A stretch of 35,901 bases of DNA from Atractiella rhizophila (lineage: Eukaryota). The translations under genes were made by a program, and so were the position numbers. This document shows, in pieces, positions 26,632 through 35,901 of the stretch (the first letter of the stretch is position 1; every line of letters starts with the position of its first letter). The DNA lies in NCBI GenBank assembly GCA_021432655.1, contig MU271432.1:1-35901 (forward strand). Direction: 5' to 3'. Under the pieces are notes generated by a model. The model made no database searches, was not told where the DNA came from, and worked only from the letters and a program-made list of their open reading frames with translations.

Positions 26632-27647
26632 TTAGAGGACAAAAGCGGCAATTCCGGCAATAGCAGCAACGACAGAAATAACTCCTCCCTCTGCATTAGG
26701 CGTCAGTTCATCCAGATGAGCCAGGGTTGAAAGAAGACGAACGGAGAACAAAGCGGGAGTCAGCCGCAGAGTTACCACCAGTTCCGGAAGAAGTGGTGTT
26801 GGTGCTGGCGGGAGCAGAGTTGGTGGTGCTGGAGCTCGTTTGCCTGCTGGATGACGACGTGGTGGTAGAAGAGCTGGAAGAGGTAGTAGCCGGTGGGGAC
26901 GACGTCGTGCTGCTGCTATTCATCTTGTTCACCAGTGGCTAAATGAAGAAACCAGGTCGCTCACGTTGTGGCCGCTCCAGTGGTGCCAGTGCCGGTGGTG
27001 GCACCTGTGGTGGCACCGGTACCAGTAGTCGCTCCTAAGCACGCACTAGAGGTTCCCTCTTGAATGGTCAATTGGCCAGAGAAGTTCTGCTGTCCATTGG
27101 AGTCTCGGATCGCCAAGGTGACCTACAAGGATGAGTCAGAACCAGAGGACTCGGCGATGGAGTAGCGCCTCACAGTGGTACCAGCGGGAAGGTTGACAAT
27201 CCAGGTGTAAGTGCCAGCAGTCGCCTACGATGGATTGTTAGTCACCGAGTTCACAACTCTGTACCAGTCACTCACTTGATCGGGGAGGAGCTCAAGGGCT
27301 GTATCACCAGAAACTATGTCACTCCGAGCTAAAGATAGCTTGGCAACAACTTACGAGTTGCGCTGGATTGGCCACCCTTCACGATATTGTAAGAACATGT
27401 CCGTCCAGAAAGGGACCAATACTCACAGGTAGAACCGAGATGAAATAAGGTGCGACACCGGCGCTAAAAGTGAGTTGGGCAGGTTGACATTGGACCAATC
27501 TTCATCACAAAAAATCTCACGACCCCATTCTTCAAAAGAGGAAAGGATAGCGCACGATGAAGGGGTCTGAATGACGGGTTGAGACTGTCCGAAAACCAGA
27601 GTGGGGACGAGCGACAGAGCTACAGAGAGGGCGTTAATTTTAACCAT
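26632..27647 (-). CDS. secreted Ser/Thr-rich GPI-anchored protein (family member 2), multi-exon
   Basis: MVKINALSVALSLVPTLVFG signal; IQTPSS-LVQC, YTWIVNLPAGTT, LAIRDSNGQQNFSGQLTIQEGTSSACL; Ser/Thr tract; tail ISVVAAIAGIAAFVL*. Confidence 0.82.
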
Positions 27648-28188
27648 TTTCTGTTGACCAAATTTCATCAGCTTCTTCGCTCTTTGAACGACGTCGAGGG
27701 TCGAGAACAGTAACGAGCATAACTTACGATTTTGGATGTCAAAGGGGATCTAGGAGCAAGCTGCTTGGTGGATCACGGACTGAACTGAAAGAAGTTTCCA
27801 CGAGGCTCTCTTTATATCCCGCAGCGGAGCCGTTACGGCCAATGGCCTCGCCGGATGTCGAGTGACGGCAATTTCGCGGGGGCAAATTTATCTTGGCTAG
27901 TGCATTGTGCAGGCTTGTGTTTTGAAGTTCACGAAGAATCAGATGAAGAAGTTTTGAAGAGCCTTGGACAACTGACAGGCGGGAGAGCTGGCTGGCACTG
28001 GGAGGGTTGAAAAGTATTACTTGAACTTTGACAGTAGTGGAAGCAATAATGGCTCTCCACCGCAATGGTTCTGAGAAATGGCATGCACAGAATGTCACAT
28101 TTCATAAGCGCAGTGAAGGTTGTTCATGAGAACCATAGATTGGTAGGCATAGACAAGGAGTAAACAGATTTCGTCCCGAACACCACGC

Positions 28189-28954
28189 TTAGTAGAAGGT
28201 GGAAGGCCTCTTGGCGACGAAAAGAGATCGGCTTTTGACGGCACGGTGAGGGAGAGGGAAACGAAGTTGAGGATCGAGGAGTTGTTTGATGTTTGCCCGG
28301 CGGACGTCGCTCGTCTTCTCCAACTCTGTCACTCGAAGAATCTGCTTTCGCCATTAACCGACACAGCGGAATTGAAGCTTAGGATAACGAACCTGGATGG
28401 ATCTAAAGCGAGCGCGATGACGAGCAGCCATGTCCTGGTAGAGGGACTCGACGGCATCAGCTCTCGAGAGCTCCCTGAACTCCTTGTACATATTGTGTGT
28501 TCCAGAACGAGAGTCGTATCGCAGCCAGATTCCAAAGTTCTTCACTTTCTCGGGCTTTTTCTCGTGAATCTTGCAACACATTTCTCAACCATTTGCATGA
28601 ACCTCGAATAGAGAGGCGTACTTGATTGATGGAAACCAACTCTCCATGAGCCTTCTTGATTTTTCGCAGCTTCCTCAAATAATACCAGAACCTCGACTTG
28701 GCGACCACATCGTTAGGAGCAAAGATGCGCATGCGGTAAAGCTTTGGGGATGCATCTTTCTCATCAGGGAGCCTTCTCCCGATGACCTGATATTCTTTTG
28801 AGGAAACATGTCAATGACAGCACGGAGAGGTCGCAAGTGAGGCTTGGAAGATCGGTTCGAAAGAGCTTGACATTGCCTCTCCTCGCCCCTTTGATCTCCC
28901 AGACAAATACCGAGACAGAGCTGACTGGAACATACCTTGATATCTGCCAACCAT
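28189..28954 (-). CDS. RPL20: 60S ribosomal protein eL20 (L18a)
   Basis: [87 protein letters not shown]; three introns. Confidence 0.97.
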
Positions 28955-29017
28955 AATTCTTACCAACCTTTTCGCTTTACCGTTACTGCCTGTCCAAGAG
29001 GAAAACAAAAGCCACCT

Positions 29018-29029
29018 CCCTAACCCTAA
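29018..29029. promoter_or_regulatory. double telomeric hexamer (CCCTAA)2, telo-box/Tbf1-type site in the RPL20-DIB1 divergent promoter
   Basis: CCCTAACCCTAA lies in the 168-bp gap between the two start codons. Confidence 0.55.
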
Positions 29030-29122
29030 ATTCAACTTTCACCACTAAAGTTCGATCACAATTCCGTCCGGCACGCTCCGTTCATCTGAACTGACTGAAC
29101 GACGATCAAGGTTGCTTGAGAG

Positions 29123-29787
29123 ATGTCTTATTTCCTGCCCCATTTGCCCTCTGGATGGCATGTAGACCAAGCAATTGTAGTAGAGGAGACCAGGGTGGTG
29201 TGTATTAGATTTGGGCACGATTGGGTGAGCATGCTTCTTCCATTTCTGTTACGTACGGGTGGCGGGTTCTGGAATGCCAACGATTTCTGTCTGGGGACGC
29301 AGGATACACAGTGCATGAAGATGGATGAGACACTCCTTGCCGTCTCTGAAAGGGTGAAGAACTTTGCTGTGATTTACCTTGTGGATATCACCCAAGTTCC
29401 AGATTTCACCAAGGTCTGTTCTTGCTTTCTGCCTCAACCTTCTCCTCTAATAGATGCTGGGCAGATGTACGAGCTTTATGATCCCTGTACGGTTATGTTT
29501 TTTTATCGCAACAAGCACATTATGATCGACCTGGGGACGGGCAATAACAATAAAATCAACTGGGCCATGGAGGACAAACAAGAGGTACAAATCTACTTTT
29601 TCACAGATAGATGATGTCTCAAGGATCTCCTTTATACAGCTCATTGATATTATTGAGACTGTCTATCGCGGCGCTAGCAAAGGCAGAGGTTTAGTCGTTA
29701 GTCCCAAAGGTTCGTTCCTTCTTACCCACTCGACAGCAGCAGTACCTAAGACTGTGCACAGACTATTCCACTCGCTACCGTTATTAG
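29123..29787 (+). CDS. DIB1: U5 snRNP thioredoxin-like protein Dib1/TXNL4A
   Basis: MSYFLPHLPSGWHVDQAI, IRFGHDW, VKNFAVIYLVDITQVPDF, MYELYDPCTVMFFYRNKHIMIDLGTGNNNKINW, GLVVSPKDYSTRYRY*. Confidence 0.98.
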
Positions 29788-30392
29788 TGAGAGTGAGAAT
29801 CTGTTCCAGGGAAGGCTAAAGACTAAAGACGACTCTGCCACGTTCGAGTTTTGGTTGTGTTTTTTGTTTTTTGCTCACACCTGATGCCTGCAACGTTACG
29901 CGTATACATACTAGTGATTGCCCCTTTTCGTTTGCCCTTTGCAGTTGAAGCCGTATTTTGTACCATATTCAGTGCCTCACGACATTGCAATGCAAAGATT
30001 CGGAATAGAAGCCTGGATCGATTCCCTGCAAACGGATGCTGCAACAACTTGCTATGCGTCTATGTAAAAATCTTCAATTGACGATCTGCATCTGCCAAAG
30101 AAGTACAGGGAAAAGATGAACAAGAAATTGGGAATTAATCTGAACGATTGTTCATTCGTTTGTAAATGTTGGATGTTGGGGAGGGAGTGTAGAGTGTAGG
30201 TGAAAGAGTGAAGGGATGCTATGTCCTGCACCCAAAGGGTTGAGGTGATAAAACCAACTCCCCTAGACGACTCGCATTTCGGGAAGCGAGTCCAATCACG
30301 TCAAAATCTGCCACGCAATGATACTGAACTGTTGAAAAGTGCTGAAAGTGTCCATCTATGCCAAACCATCCACAAATACTCTCCTCAAACCC

Positions 30393-31473
30393 TTAAGCGA
30401 CAAGTCGGAGGAAGGCAGCAGCGGCCACGACAGCGAACGACACTATTTGAAGCTTAGTCTTTCTTATCCAAAGACTCAGAAACACATACTCGAGACGGTG
30501 GACGCAGCGGAGTTGTCATTCTGGGATGCGGTGGTGCCAGTGGTCGTGGCAGCGGTGTTCGTTCTGCTGCCAGTGCTGCTGGTGCTGCCCGTGCTAACGC
30601 TAAGAGGAGTCTAGTGAACGCCCCCTACCGAGAGGAACAACATACGTAGCCTTGGTGCTGGCAGTAGAGTGCGTGGCAGTGTTGGATGCCTGGCTCTTCG
30701 TGCTGGCGGTGTTCTGGGCCGCAGTGTCAGAAGCACTGGTGCCAGATCCACCAGAGACGGAAGCGGTGACGCTAGCACCGGTGGCGGCCGTCAAGCAAGA
30801 GTCGGAATTTCCCCTGCCAGTGACCATTTAAAAGAAAGTAGAGGATGGAGAGCGCAGGAACGCACTGCTGGATCGTAACCTGCTGAGCAAAGTTCTGTGC
30901 TCCGGTGCTATCGGTGATGGCAAGGGAGACGGAGGTACCAGCGGGAAGGTTGACCTAGTCCTTGCTCAGTCTTTTTCAGAGATCTGTTATGAATGGGAGG
31001 CTGACAGTCCAGGTGAAAGTCCCAGCGGAAGCCTGCTCGGGGAATCGGATGAGAGCCTCAGCAGAGGGTTGGCCACCCTAACAACCGGCGGATGAGTATT
31101 TTTGTCCACCCCTGATTAGCACAAGAGCATACGGGAAGGACGGAGATGAAGTAAGGAGCGGTACCGTCGTGGAAGGTGAGGGCAACAGGCTACCAGATGG
31201 CTGTTAGCAAGGAATTGACGTCAAGACTAAAGGAGCTGAAACTCACTTGGCACTGGACAACTGGAGACGAGGCAGGAAAATTTGTCAACAGGCGGGAAAA
31301 AAGGGATTAGGAGAACATACGGGAGCTGGGAGTCTACAGAAAGAGGAATTCAGAACCACTGACCCAGGACCACAGAATGGAAAGGATGGACTCACGTCAA
31401 TGACAGGGCCACTCTGAGCGGAAACAACAGAAAGGATAGAAGCGATGGCAGAAAGCTTGGTGAAGGTCTTCAT
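30393..31473 (-). CDS. secreted Ser/Thr-rich GPI-anchored protein (family member 3, copy A), about 9 exons
   Basis: MKTFTKLSAIASILSVVSA signal; micro-exons 31333-31321 (13 nt) and 31260-31247 (14 nt) give TPSSLVQCQ; PVALTFHDGTAPYFISVLP, FTWT-VNLPAGTSVSLAITDSTG, DSCL; Ser/Thr tract; tail SFAVVAAAAFLRLVA*. Confidence 0.85.
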
Positions 31474-31989
31474 TGTGTCGAGATTGATGATTTTCTAAGA
31501 AAATGTAAATGCAAGCGAGCTCTTGACTTGAATAAAATGATGGACTTTTGGGGACTTTGTTGCAGAAGCCAGCCTATTTTATTGGCGCGCAGGCCGATGC
31601 GCAAAATCACGCGGCAGCGTCGCACTAAGCAGCTTCGTTGCCTTTTTCGATCAAAGGCCGACGCGGACTCGGGGCTTCATTCAGTCCAACCGGGACAACC
31701 AACATTAACCAACGTCAGCAGCAGCCGGTTGTTGCTGGTTCTTGATTTCTTGCATCCGGATTTGCGAGACTGGGATTTTTCTTATCTTGTCCAAGGTTGT
31801 ATGCGTTCTAAGAACCGTTCAAGGTCTTACTCTCGTGAACTCCTTAAGCGACAGCTTGCGCTACGGCTAAGGTCAAGCAGGAACCAAAAACCTGCTGGGC
31901 ACGCTGTTGCTTCTGTTGCTTTCAGTAAATAGATGATTCCCTCCCGAGACAAGAGGGAGTCACTGTTTATCCCGGGTTTCCTTTCAGTT

Positions 31990-32037
31990 CTGCTTGATCC
32001 TGCTTGATCCTGCTTGATCCTGCTTGATCCTGCTTGA
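31990..32037. repeat. 10-bp minisatellite (CTGCTTGATC), 4 full units plus a partial; 2 full units plus a partial in copy 2 at 34929-34956
   Basis: Read directly from the sequence. Confidence 0.95.
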
Positions 32038-33352
32038 CAATGATCGACATTATCATTATGAACTCCTGAAAAGACAACATGTTGGCGACAATCAAAACTA
32101 CTCTTGCCCATCAATAACAATTAAACAGTTTCAGCGTCGAACTTCGGCCTAATTTCCAACTTCCGTTGTGACTTGTATTCGAGGTGACCCCGCTTCTATG
32201 TAACTCGGATTGTCGAAGATTTTGCTCAGTCGCTTTATCACGGCGCAAATGTGATGAAGGGCCGTTCTAGGAGGTCTCCAAGTTGCGTTCTGGGAAATGT
32301 TCCTCCTTGTCTTGTCAAGCAGCAAAACGACGGAACGTACCTTGCTATCTCGCTAACATCAAGGAGCATTGTTCTGCTCCGACTCCCTCTTCATCTGCTC
32401 CTTCGACTTCGTCTTTCAGCGCTCGACTTCCCCCACTCCCCTCCAACAACAATAGTATCACGAAGAACCCGCAAAAAACGCGTTGACGTGGAAAAGAGAG
32501 AGGGTGGAGGAGCCTGTCGAGAATCAAGAAGTGGAACCAGTCCATCCCTGCTATTCCACCCCGCATCGCGTAATGGATGTGTCCTCGGTCTCAGGCTAGT
32601 GTTCATTCTCCTGACACAACTCCTTCCCAACAGCCTGTCATCCAGACCCCTCACTCCGCCTTACTTCTAAGTGATGTCTCTCATCGGAGGATTCGGCGCA
32701 GTGAAGTTGGCAACAATGTCACATCATCGTCTTAATCAAGGCACTTCTCCCTGACGTGTTTGCGGCAACGGATTTGCACCTACCCACGATGTTCCTTTCA
32801 CAATCTAGGAGAGCCCTTCACCTTCCTACTCCGCACCCTCGTTGGAGATCATATTCCTTTCCACTAAGATGCTCTTCCAAGTTGCTTCAGTGATGAGAGC
32901 TCCAGCGCTCGAAAAAACAAACAATGTTGATATTCCATTGAGAAAACAAAACAATGTTTTTGAAACGGGCACATGACAAGTACCACGCGTACACTCCACG
33001 TCGTACGCACATTCCCCAAACAGCCCAACATTGTCAACGAGGCTCTCGTCCTCAGAATCGGATATTCACGACTACCGCCTCTGAGAAGCATCTCGAGACG
33101 TGAAGTTGAGTCCCATATGGCCCCACAGCCAGAAAAAGAGAAAATTCCGGTTGGCTTATATCCCTTGATGAAGGGATGCTATGTCCTGCACCCAAAGGGT
33201 TGAGGTGATAAAACCAACTCCCCTAGACGACTCGCATTTCGGGAAGCGAGTCCAATCACGTCAAAATCTGCCACGCAATGATACTGAACTGTTGAAAAGT
33301 GCTGAAAGTGTCCATCTATGCCAAACCATCCACAAATACTCTCCTCAAACCC

Positions 33353-34433
33353 TTAAGCGACAAGTCGGAGGAAGGCAGCAGCGGCCACGACAGCGAACGA
33401 CACTATTTGAAGCTTAGTCTTTCTTATCCAAAGACTCAGAAACACATACTCGAGACGGTGGACGCAGCGGAGTTGTCATTCTGGGATGCGGTGGTGCCAG
33501 TGGTCGTGGCAGCGGTGTTCGTTCTGCTGCCAGTGCTGCTGGTGCTGCCCGTGCTAACGCTAAGAGGAGTCTAGTGAACGCCCCCTACCGAGAGGAACAA
33601 CATACGTAGCCTTGGTGCTGGCAGTAGAGTGCGTGGCAGTGTTGGATGCCTGGCTCTTCGTGCTGGCGGTGTTCTGGGCCGCAGTGTCAGAAGCACTGGT
33701 GCCAGATCCACCAGAGACGGAAGCGGTGACGCTAGCACCGGTGGCGGCCGTCAAGCAAGAGTCGGAATTTCCCCTGCCAGTGACCATTTAAAAGAAAGTA
33801 GAGGATGGAGAGCGCAGGAACGCACTGCTGGATCGTAACCTGCTGAGCAAAGTTCTGTGCTCCGGTGCTATCGGTGATGGCAAGGGAGACGGAGGTACCA
33901 GCGGGAAGGTTGACCTAGTCCTTGCTCAGTCTTTTTCAGAGATCTGTTATGAATGGGAGGCTGACAGTCCAGGTGAAAGTCCCAGCGGAAGCCTGCTCGG
34001 GGAATCGGATGAGAGCCTCAGCAGAGGGTTGGCCACCCTAACAACCGGCGGATGAGTATTTTTGTCCACCCCTGATTAGCACAAGAGCATACGGGAAGGA
34101 CGGAGATGAAGTAAGGAGCGGTACCGTCGTGGAAGGTGAGGGCAACAGGCTACCAGATGGCTGTTAGCAAGGAATTGACGTCAAGACTAAAGGAGCTGAA
34201 ACTCACTTGGCACTGGACAACTGGAGACGAGGCAGGAAAATTTGTCAACAGGCGGGAAAAAAGGGATTAGGAGAACATACGGGAGCTGGGAGTCTACAGA
34301 GAGAGGAATTCAGAACCACTGACCCAGGACCACAGAATGGAAAGGATGGACTCACGTCAATGACAGGGCCACTCTGAGCGGAAACAACAGAAAGGATAGA
34401 AGCGATGGCAGAAAGCTTGGTGAAGGTCTTCAT
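33353..34433 (-). CDS. secreted Ser/Thr-rich GPI-anchored protein (family member 3, copy B)
   Basis: Coding sequence appears identical to 30393-31473; only one intronic difference seen (31341 A vs 34301 G). Confidence 0.82.
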
Positions 34434-35901
34434 TGTGTCGAGATTGATGATTTTCTAAGAAAATGTAAATGCAAGCGAGCTCTTGACTTGAATAAAATGA
34501 TGGACTTTTGGGGACTTTGTTGCAGAAGCCAGCCTATTTTATTGGCGCGCAGGCCGATGCGCAAAATCACGCGGCAGCGTCGCACTAGCAGCTTCGTTGC
34601 CTTTTTCGGTCAAAGGCCGACGCGGACTCGGGGCTTCATTCAGTCCAACCGGGACAACCAACATTGACCAACGTCAGCAGCCGGTTGTTGCTGGTTCTTG
34701 CATCCGGATTTGCGAGACTGGGATTTTTCTTATCTTATCCAAGGTTGTATGCGATCTAAGAACCGTTCAAGGTCTTACTCTTGTGAACTCCATCATGCGC
34801 TACGGCTAAGGTCAAGGAGGAACCAAAAACCTGCTAGGCACCCTGTTCCTTCTGTTGCTTTCAGTAAATAGATGATTCCCTCCCGAGACAAGAGGGAGTC
34901 ACTGTTTATCCCGGGTTTCCTTTCAGTTCTGCTTGATCCTGCTTGATCCTGCTTGACAATGATCGACATTATCATTATGAACTCCTGAAAAGACAACATG
35001 TTGGCGACAATCAAAACTACTCTTGCCCATCAATAACAATTAAACAGTTTCAGCCTCAATTCCAACTTCCGTTGTGACTTGTATTCGAGTTGACCCGCTT
35101 CTATGTAACTCGGATTGTCGAAGATGTTGCTCTCGCGTTATCACGGCACAAATATGATGAAAGACCGTTCTAGGAGGTCTCCGAGTTGCGTTCCGGGAAA
35201 TGTTCCTCCTTGTCTTGTCAAGCAGCAAAACGACGGAACATGCCTTGCTATCTCGCTAAACATCAACGAAACGAGCATTGTTCTGCTCCTACTCCCTCTT
35301 CATCTGCTCCTTCGACTTCGTCTTTCAGCGCTCGACTTCCCCCACTCCCCTCCAACGTCAATAGTATCACGACCAACCCGCAAAAAACGCGTTGATGTGG
35401 AAAAGAGAGAGAGGTGGAGGAGGCTGTCGAGAATCAAGAAGTGGAACCAGCCCATCCCTGCTATTCCACCCCGCATCGCGTAATGGATCTGTCCTCGGTC
35501 TCAGGCTAGTGTTCATTCTCCTAACACAACTCCTTCCCAACAGCCTGTCATCCAGACCCCTCACTCCGCCTTACTTCTAAGTGATGTCTCTCATCGGAGG
35601 ATTCGGCGCAGTGACGTTGGCAACAATGTCACATCATCGTCTTAATCAAGGCACTTCTCCCTGACGTGTTTGCCGCAATGGATTGTTCGCAATCCGCACC
35701 TATCCACGATGTTCCTTTCCACAATCTAGCAGAGCCCTTCACCTTCCTACTCCACAGCCTCGTTGGAGATCATATTCCTTTCCACTAAGATGCTGTTCCA
35801 AGTTGCATCAGTGATGAGAGCTCCAGTGCTCGAAAAAACAAACAATATTGATATTGCATTGAGAAAACAAAACAATGTTTTTGAAACGGGCACATGACAA
35901 G

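Larger units (their letters stand above)
30209..35901. repeat. 2960-bp tandem duplication (copy 1 30209-33168; copy 2 from 33169, running off the right edge)
   Basis: Same sequence and same ORFs recur at an offset of 2960. Confidence 0.98.

Noticed and set aside
28795..28935. Possible H/ACA snoRNA in RPL20 intron 1 (AGATCA ... ACA)
   Set aside because: The ACA overlaps the likely branch site and there is no room for a 5' hairpin.
31990..32037. Short direct repeats considered as CRISPR-like or element termini
   Set aside because: No spacers; a simple minisatellite in eukaryotic DNA.
32250..33168. ORFs of 67-139 aa upstream of the duplicated GPI gene
   Set aside because: Frames are broken differently in the two copies and show no recognisable motif.

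Overview
Gene-dense, intron-rich fungal genomic DNA. Introns are mostly 40-70 nt GT-AG with CTAAC/CTGAC-type branch sites and there are many micro-exons; the gene content looks basidiomycete (species not determinable from the sequence). Housekeeping genes: PBDC1/YPL225W-like, VRG4, sideroflexin, HMT1, SDS22, RPL20, DIB1. Accessory genes: GPI-anchored ThuA-domain protein, DHA2-type MFS pump, amidohydrolase, aldo-keto reductase, a Gly-rich membrane protein and four related secreted Ser/Thr-rich GPI proteins. Features missed by the ORF track: (i) an intronic box H/ACA snoRNA whose pocket matches the LSU rRNA site equivalent to yeast Psi2975 (snR42-like); (ii) a 120-aa stand-alone Sin3-type PAH-domain microprotein split over three exons; (iii) two tandem duplications (322 bp inside SDS22; 2960 bp around a GPI-protein gene) that both start TGAAGGGA and end TCCC[C/T]TGA; (iv) a double telomeric repeat in the RPL20/DIB1 bidirectional promoter. 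All exon models were assembled by eye and no database search was run.
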